Below, in pieces: positions 24,901 to 40,000 of a DNA stretch of 64,000 nucleotides. Below the pieces are notes generated by a model. The model was not told where the DNA came from and ran no database searches. It saw only the letters and a list, made by a program, of their open reading frames with translations. Positions within the stretch are counted from its first letter, which is position 1; every line of letters begins with the position of its first letter. The DNA comes from the human T2T-CHM13v2.0 reference genome, Homo sapiens, in NCBI RefSeq assembly GCF_009914755.1, contig NC_060937.1. One strand, 5' to 3'. A program made the translations under genes and the position numbers.

Positions 24901-27900
24901 TTCAACTCTGTTAGTTGAGGACACATATCACCAACAAGTTTCTGAGAATGCTTCTGTCTATTTTTTATGGGAAGATATTTCCTTTTTCACCGTAGGCGTC
25001 AAGGCGATCGAAATGTCCACTTCCACAAACTACAAAAAGAGTGTTTCAAACCTGCTCTATGAAAGGCCATGTTCATCTCTATGAGTCGAATGGAAATATC
25101 CGAAAGAAATTTCTGGGAATGCTGCTGTCTAGTTTTTATACGAATTCCCGCTTCCAACGAAATCCTCAAAGCAATCCAAATATCCACTTGCAGAATCCAC
25201 AAAAAGAGTGTTTCAAAACTGCTCTATCAATAGAAAGGTTCAACTCTTTTAGTTGAGTACACACATCACAAACAAGTTTCTGAGAATGCTTCTGTCTGGC
25301 TTTTATTGGAAGACGTTTCCTTTTCACCAAAGGCATCAAAGCGCTCCAAATGTCCACTTCCAGATTCTTCCAAAAGAGTGTTTGAAACGTGCTCAAAGTA
25401 AGGGAATGTTCAACTCTGTGACTTGAATGCAGATATCACCAAGTAGTTTCTAATAGTGCTTCTGTCTAGATTTTAGATGATGATATTCCCGTTTCCAACG
25501 AAATCGTTAGAGCTATCCAAATATCCACTTACAGTTGCTACAAAAACAGTGTTTCCAAACTGCTGCATCAAAAGAAAGGTTCAACTCTGTTAGTTGAGGA
25601 CACACGTCACAAAGAAGTTTGTGAGAATGCTTCTGTCTAGATTTTGTATGACGATATTCCCTTTTCCAACGATATCATTAAAGCAATCTAAATATCCATT
25701 TGCAGAATCCACAAAAATAGAGTTTCAAAGCTGCTCTGTAAAAAGAAAGGTTCCACTCTGTTAGCTGAGTACACACATCACAAACTTGTTTCTCAGAATC
25801 CTTCTGTCTCGTTTTTCTGGGAAGATATTTACTTTTTCACCGTAGGCATCAAAGCGCTCCAAATGTCCACATCCAGATACTCCAGAAAGAGTGTTTCAAA
25901 CCTGCTCTATGAAAGGGAATCTTCAACTCTATGAGTTGAATGCAGACATCAGAAAGAAATTTCTGAGAATGCTGCTGTCTACCTTTTATTTGAATTCCCG
26001 CTTCCAACGAAATCCTCCAAGCTATCCAAATATCCACTTGCAGATTCCACAAAAAGAGTGTTTCAAAACTGCTCTCTATCAATGGCAAAGTTCAACTCTG
26101 TTAGTTGAGGACACATATCACCAACAAGTTTCTGAGAATGCTTCTGTCTATTTTTTATGGGAAGATATTTCCTTTTTCACCGTAGGCGTCAAGGCGATCG
26201 AAATGTCCACTTCCACAAACTACAAAAAGAGTGTTTCAAACCTGCTCTATGAAAGGCCATGTTCATCTCTATGAGTCGAATGGAAATATCCGAAAGAAAT
26301 TTCTGGGAATGCTGCTGTCTAGTTTTTATACGAATTCCCGCTTCCAACGAAATCCTCAAAGCAATCCAAATATCCACTTGCAGAATCCACAAAAAGAGTG
26401 TTTCAAAACTGCTCTATCAATAGAAAGGTTCAACTCTTTTAGTTGAGTACACACATCACAAACAAGTTTCTGAGAATGCTTCTGTCTGGCTTTTATTGGA
26501 AGACGTTTCCTTTTCACCAAAGGCATCAAAGCGCTCCAAATGTCCACTTCCAGATTCTTCCAAAAGAGTGTTTGAAACGTGCTCAAAGTAAGGGAATGTT
26601 CAACTCTGTGACTTGAATGCAGATATCACCAAGTAGTTTCTAATAGTGCTTCTGTCTAGATTTTAGATGATGATATTCCCGTTTCCAACGAAATCGTTAG
26701 AGCTATCCAAATATCCACTTACAGTTGCTACAAAAACAGTGTTTCCAAACTGCTGCATCAAAAGAAAGGTTCAACTCTGTTAGTTGAGGACACACGTCAC
26801 AAAGAAGTTTGTGAGAATGCTTCTGTCTAGATTTTGTATGACGATATTCCCTTTTCCAACGATATCATTAAAGCAATCTAAATATCCATTTGCAGAATCC
26901 ACAAAAATAGAGTTTCAAAGCTGCTCTGTAAAAAGAAAGGTTCCACTCTGTTAGCTGAGTACACACATCACAAACTTGTTTCTCAGAATCCTTCTGTCTC
27001 GTTTTTATGGGAAGATATTTACTTTTTCACCGTAGGCATCAAAGCGCTCCAAATGTCCACATCCAGATACTCCAGAAAGAGTGTTTCAAACCTGCTCTAT
27101 GAAAGGGAATCTTCAACTCTATGAGTTGAATGCAGACATCAGAAAGAAATTTCTGAGAATGCTGCTGTCTACCTTTTATTTGAATTCCCGCTTCCAACGA
27201 AATCCTCCAAGCTATCCAAATATCCACTTGCAGATTCCACAAAAAGAGTGTTTCAAAACTGCTCTCTATCAATGGCAAAGTTCAACTCTGTTAGTTGAGG
27301 ACACATATCACCAACAAGTTTCTGAGAATGCTTCTGTCTATTTTTTATGGGAAGATATTTCCTTTTTCACCGTAGGCGTCAAGGCGATCGAAATGTCCAC
27401 TTCCACAAACTACAAAAAGAGTGTTTCAAACCTGCTCTATGAAAGGCCATGTTCATCTCTATGAGTCGAATGGAAATATCCGAAAGAAATTTCTGGGAAT
27501 GCTGCTGTCTAGTTTTTATACGAATTCCCGCTTCCAACGAAATCCTCAAAGCAATCCAAATATCCACTTGCAGAATCCACAAAAAGAGTGTTTCAAAACT
27601 GCTCTATCAATAGAAAGGTTCAACTCTTTTAGTTGAGTACACACATCACAAACAAGTTTCTGAGAATGCTTCTGTCTGGCTTTTATTGGAAGACGTTTCC
27701 TTTTCACCAAAGGCATCAAAGCGCTCCAAATGTCCACTTCCAGATTCTTCCAAAAGAGTGTTTGAAACGTGCTCAAAGTAAGGGAATGTTCAACTCTGTG
27801 ACTTGAATGCAGATATCACCAAGTAGTTTCTAATAGTGCTTCTGTCTAGATTTTAGATGATGATATTCCCGTTTCCAACGAAATCGTTAGAGCTATCCAA

Positions 27901-30255
27901 ATATCCACTTACAGTTGCTACAAAAACAGTGTTTCCAAACTGCTGCATCAAAAGAAAGGTTCAACTCTGTTAGTTGAGGACACACGTCACAAAGAAGTTT
28001 GTGAGAATGCTTCTGTCTAGATTTTGTATGACGATATTCCCTTTTCCAACGATATCATTAAAGCAATCTAAATATCCATTTGCAGAATCCACAAAAATAG
28101 AGTTTCAAAGCTGCTCTGTAAAAAGAAAGGTTCCACTCTGTTAGCTGAGTACACACATCACAAACTTGTTTCTCAGAATCCTTCTGTCTCGTTTTTCTGG
28201 GAAGATATTTACTTTTTCACCGTAGGCATCAAAGCGCTCCAAATGTCCACATCCAGATACTCCAGAAAGAGTGTTTCAAACCTGCTCTATGAAAGGGAAT
28301 CTTCAACTCTATGAGTTGAATGCAGACATCAGAAAGAAATTTCTGAGAATGCTGCTGTCTACCTTTTATTTGAATTCCCGCTTCCAACGAAATCCTCCAA
28401 GCTATCCAAATATCCACTTGCAGATTCCACAAAAAGAGTGTTTCAAAACTGCTCTCTATCAATGGCAAAGTTCAACTCTGTTAGTTGAGGACACATATCA
28501 CCAACAAGTTTCTGAGAATGCTTCTGTCTATTTTTTATGGGAAGATATTTCCTTTTTCACCGTAGGCGTCAAGGCGATCGAAATGTCCACTTCCACAAAC
28601 TACAAAAAGAGTGTTTCAAACCTGCTCTATGAAAGGCCATGTTCATCTCTATGAGTCGAATGGAAATATCCGAAAGAAATTTCTGGGAATGCTGCTGTCT
28701 AGTTTTTATACGAATTCCCGCTTCCAACGAAATCCTCAAAGCAATCCAAATATCCACTTGCAGAATCCACAAAAAGAGTGTTTCAAAACTGCTCTATCAA
28801 TAGAAAGGTTCAACTCTTTTAGTTGAGTACACACATCACAAACAAGTTTCTGAGAATGCTTCTGTCTGGCTTTTATTGGAAGACGTTTCCTTTTCACCAA
28901 AGGCATCAAAGCGCTCCAAATGTCCACTTCCAGATTCTTCCAAAAGAGTGTTTGAAACGTGCTCAAAGTAAGGGAATGTTCAACTCTGTGACTTGAATGC
29001 AGATATCACCAAGTAGTTTCTAATAGTGCTTCTGTCTAGATTTTAGATGATGATATTCCCGTTTCCAACGAAATCGTTAGAGCTATCCAAATATCCACTT
29101 ACAGTTGCTACAAAAACAGTGTTTCCAAACTGCTGCATCAAAAGAAAGGTTCAACTCTGTTAGTTGAGGACACACGTCACAAAGAAGTTTGTGAGAATGC
29201 TTCTGTCTAGATTTTGTATGACGATATTCCCTTTTCCAACGATATCGTTAAAGCAATCTAAATATCCATTTGCAGAATCCACAAAAATAGAGTTTCAAAG
29301 CTGCTCTGTAAAAAGAAAGGTTCCACTCTGTTAGCTGAGTACACACATCACAAACTTGTTTCTCAGAATCCTTCTGTCTCGTTTTTCTGGGAAGATATTT
29401 ACTTTTTCACCGTAGACATCAAAGCGCTCCAAATGTCCACATCCAGATACTCCAGAAAGAGTGTTTCAAACCTGCTCTATGAAAGGGAATCTTCAACTCT
29501 ATGAGTTGAATGCAGACATCAGAAAGAAATTTCTGAGAATGCTGCTGTCTACCTTTTATTTGAATTCCCGCTTCCAACGAAATCCTCCAAGCTATCCAAA
29601 TATCCACTTGCAGATTCCACAAAAAGAGTGTTTCAAAACTGCTCTCTATCAATGGCAAAGTTCAACTCTGTTAGTTGAGGACACATATCACCAACAAGTT
29701 TCTGAGAATGCTTCTGTCTATTTTTTATGGGAAGATATTTCCTTTTTCACCGTAGGCGTCAAGGCGATCGAAATGTCCACTTCCACAAACTACAAAAAGA
29801 GTGTTTCAAACCTGCTCTATGAAAGGCCATGTTCATCTCTATGAGTCGAATGGAAATATCCGAAAGAAATTTCTGGGAATGCTGCTGTCTAGTTTTTATA
29901 CGAATTCCCGCTTCCAACGAAATCCTCAAAGCAATCCAAATATCCACTTGCAGAATCCACAAAAAGAGTGTTTCAAAACTGCTCTATCAATAGAAAGGTT
30001 CAACTCTTTTAGTTGAGTACACACATCACAAACAAGTTTCTGAGAATGCTTCTGTCTGGCTTTTATTGGAAGACGTTTCCTTTTCACCAAAGGCATCAAA
30101 GCGCTCCAAATGTCCACTTCCAGATTCTTCCAAAAGAGTGTTTGAAACGTGCTCAAAGTAAGGGAATGTTCAACTCTGTGACTTGAATGCAGATATCACC
30201 AAGTAGTTTCTAATAGTGCTTCTGTCTAGATTTTAGATGATGATATTCCCGTTTC
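21926..30255. repeat. Homogeneous run of seven 7-mer HORs
   Basis: Strict 1190 bp period of ORFs from 22279 to 29419. Confidence 0.95.
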
Positions 30256-33200
30256 CAACGAAATCGTTAGAGCTATCCAAATATCCACTTACAGTTGCTA
30301 CAAAAAGAGTGTTTCCAAACTGCTGCATCAAAAGAAAGGTTCAACTCTGTTAGTTGAGGACACACATCACAAAGAAGTTTGTGAGAATGCTTCTGTCTAG
30401 ATTTTGTATGACCATATTCCCTTTTCCAGCGATATCATTAAAGCAATCTAAATATCCATTTGCAGAATCCACAAAAATAGAGTTTCAAAGCTGCTCTGTA
30501 AAAAGAAAGGTTCCACTCTGTTAGCTGAGTACACACATCACAAACTTGTTTCTCAGAATCCTTCTGTCTCGTTTTTATGGGAAGATATTTACTTTTTCAC
30601 CGTAGGCATCAAAGCGCTCCAAATGTCCACATCCAGATACTCCAGAAAGAGTGTTTCAAACCTGCTCTATGAAAGGGAATCTTCAACTCTATGAGTTGAA
30701 TGCAGACATCAGAAAGAAATTTCTGAGAATGCTGCTGTCTACCTTTTATTTGAATTCCCGCTTCCAACGAAATCCTCCAAGCTATCCAAATATCCACCTG
30801 CATTTTCCACAAAAAGAGCGTTTCAAAACTGCTCTATCAATAGAAATGTTCAACTCCTTTGGCTGGGTACACACATCACAAACAAGTTTCTGAGAATGCT
30901 TCTGTCTAGTTTTTATGGGAAGACATTCCCTTTTTCACCAAAGGCATCAAAGCGCTCCAAATGTCCACTTCCAGACACTACAAAAAGAGTGTTTCCAACG
31001 TGCTCTAAGAAAGCGAATGTTCAACTCTGTGACTTGAATGCAGATATCACAAAGTAGTTTCTGAGAGGGCTTCTGTCTAGATTTTAGATGATGATATTCC
31101 CGTTTCCAACGAAATCATTAGAGCTATCCAAATATCCACTTACAGTTTCTACAAAAAGAGTGTTTCCAAACTGCTGCATCAAAAGAGAGGTTCCACTCTG
31201 TTAGCTGAGTACACACATCACAAACTTGTTTCTCAGAATCCTTCTGTCTCGTTTTTCTGGGAAGATATTTACTTTTTCACCGTAGGCATCAAAGCGCTCC
31301 AAATGTCCACATCCAGATACTCCAGAAAGAGTGTTTCAAACCTGCTCTATGAAAGGGAATCTTCAACTCTATGAGTTGAATGCAGACATCAGAAAGAAAT
31401 TTCTGAGAATGCTGCTGTCTACCTTTTATTTGAATTCCCGCTTCCAACGAAATCCTCCAAGCTATCCAAATATCCACTTGCAGATTCCACAAAAAGAGTG
31501 TTTCAAAACTGCTCTCTATCAATGGCAAAGTTCAACTCTGTTAGTTGAGGACACATATCACCAACAAGTTTCTGAGAATGCTTCTGTCTATTTTTTATGG
31601 GAAGATATTTCCTTTTTCACCGTAGGCGTCAAGGCGATCGAAATGTCCACTTCCACAAACTACAAAAAGAGTGTTTCAAACCTGCTCTATGAAAGGCCAT
31701 GTTCATCTCTATGAGTCGAATGGAAATATCCGAAAGAAATTTCTGGGAATGCTGCTGTCTAGTTTTTATACGAATTCCCGCTTCCAACGAAATCCTCAAA
31801 GCAATCCAAATATCCACTTGCAGAATCCACAAAAAGAGTGTTTCAAAACTGCTCTATCAATAGAAAGGTTCAACTCTTTTAGTTGAGTACACACATCACA
31901 AACAAGTTTCTGAGAATGCTTCTGTCTGGCTTTTATTGGAAGACGTTTCCTTTTCACCAAAGGCATCAAAGCGCTCCAAATGTCCACTTCCAGATTCTTC
32001 CAAAAGAGTGTTTGAAACGTGCTCAAAGTAAGGGAATGTTCAACTCTGTGACTTGAATGCAGATATCACCAAGTAGTTTCTAATAGTGCTTCTGTCTAGA
32101 TTTTAGATGATGATATTCCCGTTTCCAACGAAATCGTTAGAGCTATCCAAATATCCACTTACAGTTTCTACAAAAAGAGTGTTTCCAAACTGCTGCATCA
32201 AAAGAAAGGTTCAACTCTGTTAGTTGAGGACACACATCACAAAGAAGTTTGTGAGAATGCTTCTGTCTAGATTTTGTATGACCATATTCCCTTTTCCAGC
32301 GATATCATTAAAGCAATCTAAATATCCATTTGCAGAATCCACAAAAATAGAGTTTCAAAGCTGCTCTGTAAAAAGAAAGGTTCCACTCTGTTAGCTGAGT
32401 ACACACATCACAAACTTGTTTCTGAGAATCCTTCTGTCTCGTTTTTATGGGAAGATATTTACTTTTTCACCGTAGGCATCAAAGCGCTCCAAATGTCCAC
32501 ATCCAGATACTCCAGAAAGAGTGTTTCAAACCTGCTCTATGAAAGGGAATCTTCAACTCTATGAGTTGAATGCAGACATCAGAAAGAAATTTCTGAGAAT
32601 GCTGCTGTCTACCTTTTATTTGAATTCCCGCTTCCAACGAAATCCTCCAAGCTATCCAAATATCCACCTGCATTTTCCACAAAAAGAGCGTTTCAAAACT
32701 GCTCTATCAATAGAAATGTTCAACTCCTTTGGCTGGGTACACACATCACAAACAAGTTTCTGAGAATGCTTCTGTCTAGTTTTTATGGGAAGACATTCCC
32801 TTTTTCACCAAAGGCATCAAAGCGCTCCAAATGTCCACTTCCAGACACTACAAAAAGAGTGTTTCCAACGTGCTCTAAGAAAGCGAATGTTCAACTCTGT
32901 GACTTGAATGCAGATATCACAAAGTAGTTTCTGAGAGGGCTTCTGTCTAGATTTTAGATGATGATATTCCCGTTTCCAACGAAATCATTAGAGCTATCCA
33001 AATATCCACTTACAGTTTCTACAAAAAGAGTGTTTCCAAACTGCTGCATCAAAAGAGAGGTTCCACTCTGTTAGCTGAGTACACACATCACAAACTTGTT
33101 TCTCAGAATCCTTCTGTCTCGTTTTTCTGGGAAGATATTTACTTTTTCACCGTAGGCATCAAAGCGCTCCAAATGTCCACATCCAGATACTCCAGAAAGA

Positions 33201-36200
33201 GTGTTTCAAACCTGCTCTATGAAAGGGAATCTTCAACTCTATGAGTTGAATGCAGACATCAGAAAGAAATTTCTGAGAATGCTGCTGTCTACCTTTTATT
33301 TGAATTCCCGCTTCCAACGAAATCCTCCAAGCTATCCAAATATCCACTTGCAGATTCCACAAAAAGAGTGTTTCAAAACTGCTCTCTATCAATGGCAAAG
33401 TTCAACTCTGTTAGTTGAGGACACATATCACCAACAAGTTTCTGAGAATGCTTCTGTCTATTTTTTATGGGAAGATATTTCCTTTTTCACCGTAGGCGTC
33501 AAGGCGATCGAAATGTCCACTTCCACAAACTACAAAAAGAGTGTTTCAAACCTGCTCTATGAAAGGCCATGTTCATCTCTATGAGTCGAATGGAAATATC
33601 CGAAAGAAATTTCTGGGAATGCTGCTGTCTAGTTTTTATACGAATTCCCGCTTCCAACGAAATCCTCAAAGCAATCCAAATATCCACTTGCAGAATCCAC
33701 AAAAAGAGTGTTTCAAAACTGCTCTATCAATAGAAAGGTTCAACTCTTTTAGTTGAGTACACACATCACAAACAAGTTTCTGAGAATGCTTCTGTCTGGC
33801 TTTTATTGGAAGACGTTTCCTTTTCACCAAAGGCATCAAAGCGCTCCAAATGTCCACTTCCAGATTCTTCCAAAAGAGTGTTTGAAACGTGCTCAAAGTA
33901 AGGGAATGTTCAACTCTGTGACTTGAATGCAGATATCACCAAGTAGTTTCTAATAGTGCTTCTGTCTAGATTTTAGATGATGATATTCCCGTTTCCAACG
34001 AAATCGTTAGAGCTATCCAAATATCCACTTACAGTTGCTACAAAAACAGTGTTTCCAAACTGCTGCATCAAAAGAAAGGTTCAACTCTGTTAGTTGAGGA
34101 CACACGTCACAAAGAAGTTTGTGAGAATGCTTCTGTCTAGATTTTGTATGACGATATTCCCTTTTCCAACGATATCGTTAAAGCAATCTAAATATCCATT
34201 TGCAGAATCCACAAAAATAGAGTTTCAAAGCTGCTCTGTAAAAAGAAAGGTTCCACTCTGTTAGCTGAGTACACACATCACAAACTTGTTTCTCAGAATC
34301 CTTCTGTCTCGTTTTTATGGGAAGATATTTACTTTTTCACCGTAGGCATCAAAGCGCTCCAAATGTCCACATCCAGATACTCCAGAAAGAGTGTTTCAAA
34401 CCTGCTCTATGAAAGGGAATCTTCAACTCTATGAGTTGAATGCAGACATCAGAAAGAAATTTCTGAGAATGCTGCTGTCTACCTTTTATTTGAATTCCCG
34501 CTTCCAACGAAATCCTCCAAGCTATCCAAATATCCACTTGCAGATTCCACAAAAAGAGTGTTTCAAAACTGCTCTCTATCAATGGCAAAGTTCAACTCTG
34601 TTAGTTGAGGACACATATCACCAACAAGTTTCTGAGAATGCTTCTGTCTATTTTTTATGGGAAGATATTTCCTTTTTCACCGTAGGCGTCAAGGCGATCG
34701 AAATGTCCACTTCCACAAACTACAAAAAGAGTGTTTCAAACCTGCTCTATGAAAGGCCATGTTCATCTCTATGAGTCGAATGGAAATATCCGAAAGAAAT
34801 TTCTGGGAATGCTGCTGTCTAGTTTTTATACGAATTCCCGCTTCCAACGAAATCCTCAAAGCAATCCAAATATCCACTTGCAGAATCCACAAAAAGAGTG
34901 TTTCAAAACTGCTCTATCAATAGAAAGGTTCAACTCTTTTAGTTGAGTACACACATCACAAACAAGTTTCTGAGAATGCTTCTGTCTGGCTTTTATTGGA
35001 AGACGTTTCCTTTTCACCAAAGGCATCAAAGCGCTCCAAATGTCCACTTCCAGATTCTTCCAAAAGAGTGTTTGAAACGTGCTCAAAGTAAGGGAATGTT
35101 CAACTCTGTGACTTGAATGCAGATATCACCAAGTAGTTTCTAATAGTGCTTCTGTCTAGATTTTAGATGATGATATTCCCGTTTCCAACGAAATCGTTAG
35201 AGCTATCCAAATATCCACTTACAGTTGCTACAAAAACAGTGTTTCCAAACTGCTGCATCAAAAGAAAGGTTCAACTCTGTTAGTTGAGGACACACATCAC
35301 AAAGAAGTTTGTGAGAATGCTTCTGTCTAGATTTTGTATGACCATATTCCCTTTTCCAGCGATATCATTAAAGCAATCTAAATATCCATTTGCAGAATCC
35401 ACAAAAATAGAGTTTCAAAGCTGCTCTGTAAAAAGAAAGGTTCCACTCTGTTAGCTGAGTACACACATCACAAACTTGTTTCTGAGAATCCTTCTGTCTC
35501 GTTTTTATGGGAAGATATTTACTTTTTCACCGTAGGCATCAAAGCGCTCCAAATGTCCACATCCAGATACTCCAGAAAGAGTGTTTCAAACCTGCTCTAT
35601 GAAAGGGAATCTTCAACTCTATGAGTTGAATGCAGACATCAGAAAGAAATTTCTGAGAATGCTGCTGTCTACCTTTTATTTGAATTCCCGCTTCCAACGA
35701 AATCCTCCAAGCTATCCAAATATCCACCTGCATTTTCCACAAAAAGAGCGTTTCAAAACTGCTCTATCAATAGAAATGTTCAACTCCTTTGGCTGGGTAC
35801 ACACATCACAAACAAGTTTCTGAGAATGCTTCTGTCTAGTTTTTATGGGAAGACATTCCCTTTTTCACCAAAGGCATCAAAGCGCTCCAAATGTCCACTT
35901 CCAGACACTACAAAAAGAGTGTTTCCAACGTGCTCTAAGAAAGCGAATGTTCAACTCTGTGACTTGAATGCAGATATCACAAAGTAGTTTCTGAGAGGGC
36001 TTCTGTCTAGATTTTAGATGATGATATTCCCGTTTCCAACGAAATCATTAGAGCTATCCAAATATCCACTTACAGTTTCTACAAAAAGAGTGTTTCCAAA
36101 CTGCTGCATCAAAAGAGAGGTTCCACTCTGTTAGCTGAGTACACACATCACAAACTTGTTTCTCAGAATCCTTCTGTCTCGTTTTTCTGGGAAGATATTT

Positions 36201-37055
36201 ACTTTTTCACCGTAGGCATCAAAGCGCTCCAAATGTCCACATCCAGATACTCCAGAAAGAGTGTTTCAAACCTGCTCTATGAAAGGGAATCTTCAACTCT
36301 ATGAGTTGAATGCAGACATCAGAAAGAAATTTCTGAGAATGCTGCTGTCTACCTTTTATTTGAATTCCCGCTTCCAACGAAATCCTCCAAGCTATCCAAA
36401 TATCCACTTGCAGATTCCACAAAAAGAGTGTTTCAAAACTGCTCTCTATCAATGGCAAAGTTCAACTCTGTTAGTTGAGGACACATATCACCAACAAGTT
36501 TCTGAGAATGCTTCTGTCTATTTTTTATGGGAAGATATTTCCTTTTTCACCGTAGGCGTCAAGGCGATCGAAATGTCCACTTCCACAAACTACAAAAAGA
36601 GTGTTTCAAACCTGCTCTATGAAAGGCCATGTTCATCTCTATGAGTCGAATGGAAATATCCGAAAGAAATTTCTGGGAATGCTGCTGTCTAGTTTTTATA
36701 CGAATTCCCGCTTCCAACGAAATCCTCAAAGCAATCCAAATATCCACTTGCAGAATCCACAAAAAGAGTGTTTCAAAACTGCTCTATCAATAGAAAGGTT
36801 CAACTCTTTTAGTTGAGTACACACATCACAAACAAGTTTCTGAGAATGCTTCTGTCTGGCTTTTATTGGAAGACGTTTCCTTTTCACCAAAGGCATCAAA
36901 GCGCTCCAAATGTCCACTTCCAGATTCTTCCAAAAGAGTGTTTGAAACGTGCTCAAAGTAAGGGAATGTTCAACTCTGTGACTTGAATGCAGATATCACC
37001 AAGTAGTTTCTAATAGTGCTTCTGTCTAGATTTTAGATGATGATATTCCCGTTTC
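30256..37055. repeat. Block 11,11,7,11 (HOR starts 30256, 32126, 33996, 35186)
   Basis: 680 bp extra blocks at ORF offsets 30609, 32479 and 35539. Confidence 0.95.
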
Positions 37056-40000
37056 CAACGAAATCGTTAGAGCTATCCAAATATCCACTTACAGTTGCTA
37101 CAAAAACAGTGTTTCCAAACTGCTGCATCAAAAGAAAGGTTCAACTCTGTTAGTTGAGGACACACGTCACAAAGAAGTTTGTGAGAATGCTTCTGTCTAG
37201 ATTTTGTATGACGATATTCCCTTTTCCAACGATATCGTTAAAGCAATCTAAATATCCATTTGCAGAATCCACAAAAATAGAGTTTCAAAGCTGCTCTGTA
37301 AAAAGAAAGGTTCCACTCTGTTAGCTGAGTACACACATCACAAACTTGTTTCTCAGAATCCTTCTGTCTCGTTTTTATGGGAAGATATTTACTTTTTCAC
37401 CGTAGGCATCAAAGCGCTCCAAATGTCCACATCCAGATACTCCAGAAAGAGTGTTTCAAACCTGCTCTATGAAAGGGAATCTTCAACTCTATGAGTTGAA
37501 TGCAGACATCAGAAAGAAATTTCTGAGAATGCTGCTGTCTACCTTTTATTTGAATTCCCGCTTCCAACGAAATCCTCCAAGCTATCCAAATATCCACTTG
37601 CAGATTCCACAAAAAGAGTGTTTCAAAACTGCTCTCTATCAATGGCAAAGTTCAACTCTGTTAGTTGAGGACACATATCACCAACAAGTTTCTGAGAATG
37701 CTTCTGTCTATTTTTTATGGGAAGATATTTCCTTTTTCACCGTAGGCGTCAAGGCGATCGAAATGTCCACTTCCACAAACTACAAAAAGAGTGTTTCAAA
37801 CCTGCTCTATGAAAGGCCATGTTCATCTCTATGAGTCGAATGGAAATATCCGAAAGAAATTTCTGGGAATGCTGCTGTCTAGTTTTTATACGAATTCCCG
37901 CTTCCAACGAAATCCTCAAAGCAATCCAAATATCCACTTGCAGAATCCACAAAAAGAGTGTTTCAAAACTGCTCTATCAATAGAAAGGTTCAACTCTTTT
38001 AGTTGAGTACACACATCACAAACAAGTTTCTGAGAATGCTTCTGTCTGGCTTTTATTGGAAGACGTTTCCTTTTCACCAAAGGCATCAAAGCGCTCCAAA
38101 TGTCCACTTCCAGATTCTTCCAAAAGAGTGTTTGAAACGTGCTCAAAGTAAGGGAATGTTCAACTCTGTGACTTGAATGCAGATATCACCAAGTAGTTTC
38201 TAATAGTGCTTCTGTCTAGATTTTAGATGATGATATTCCCGTTTCCAACGAAATCGTTAGAGCTATCCAAATATCCACTTACAGTTGCTACAAAAACAGT
38301 GTTTCCAAACTGCTGCATCAAAAGAAAGGTTCAACTCTGTTAGTTGAGGACACACGTCACAAAGAAGTTTGTGAGAATGCTTCTGTCTAGATTTTGTATG
38401 ACGATATTCCCTTTTCCAACGATATCATTAAAGCAATCTAAATATCCATTTGCAGAATCCACAAAAATAGAGTTTCAAAGCTGCTCTGTAAAAAGAAAGG
38501 TTCCACTCTGTTAGCTGAGTACACACATCACAAACTTGTTTCTCAGAATCCTTCTGTCTCGTTTTTATGGGAAGATATTTACTTTTTCACCGTAGGCATC
38601 AAAGCGCTCCAAATGTCCACATCCAGATACTCCAGAAAGAGTGTTTCAAACCTGCTCTATGAAAGGGAATCTTCAACTCTATGAGTTGAATGCAGACATC
38701 AGAAAGAAATTTCTGAGAATGCTGCTGTCTACCTTTTATTTGAATTCCCGCTTCCAACGAAATCCTCCAAGCTATCCAAATATCCACTTGCAGATTCCAC
38801 AAAAAGAGTGTTTCAAAACTGCTCTCTATCAATGGCAAAGTTCAACTCTGTTAGTTGAGGACACATATCACCAACAAGTTTCTGAGAATGCTTCTGTCTA
38901 TTTTTTATGGGAAGATATTTCCTTTTTCACCGTAGGCGTCAAGGCGATCGAAATGTCCACTTCCACAAACTACAAAAAGAGTGTTTCAAACCTGCTCTAT
39001 GAAAGGCCATGTTCATCTCTATGAGTCGAATGGAAATATCCGAAAGAAATTTCTGGGAATGCTGCTGTCTAGTTTTTATACGAATTCCCGCTTCCAACGA
39101 AATCCTCAAAGCAATCCAAATATCCACTTGCAGAATCCACAAAAAGAGTGTTTCAAAACTGCTCTATCAATAGAAAGGTTCAACTCTTTTAGTTGAGTAC
39201 ACACATCACAAACAAGTTTCTGAGAATGCTTCTGTCTGGCTTTTATTGGAAGACGTTTCCTTTTCACCAAAGGCATCAAAGCGCTCCAAATGTCCACTTC
39301 CAGATTCTTCCAAAAGAGTGTTTGAAACGTGCTCAAAGTAAGGGAATGTTCAACTCTGTGACTTGAATGCAGATATCACCAAGTAGTTTCTAATAGTGCT
39401 TCTGTCTAGATTTTAGATGATGATATTCCCGTTTCCAACGAAATCGTTAGAGCTATCCAAATATCCACTTACAGTTGCTACAAAAACAGTGTTTCCAAAC
39501 TGCTGCATCAAAAGAAAGGTTCAACTCTGTTAGTTGAGGACACACGTCACAAAGAAGTTTGTGAGAATGCTTCTGTCTAGATTTTGTATGACGATATTCC
39601 CTTTTCCAACGATATCATTAAAGCAATCTAAATATCCATTTGCAGAATCCACAAAAATAGAGTTTCAAAGCTGCTCTGTAAAAAGAAAGGTTCCACTCTG
39701 TTAGCTGAGTACACACATCACAAACTTGTTTCTCAGAATCCTTCTGTCTCGTTTTTCTGGGAAGATATTTACTTTTTCACCGTAGGCATCAAAGCGCTCC
39801 AAATGTCCACATCCAGATACTCCAGAAAGAGTGTTTCAAACCTGCTCTATGAAAGGGAATCTTCAACTCTATGAGTTGAATGCAGACATCAGAAAGAAAT
39901 TTCTGAGAATGCTGCTGTCTACCTTTTATTTGAATTCCCGCTTCCAACGAAATCCTCCAAGCTATCCAAATATCCACTTGCAGATTCCACAAAAAGAGTG

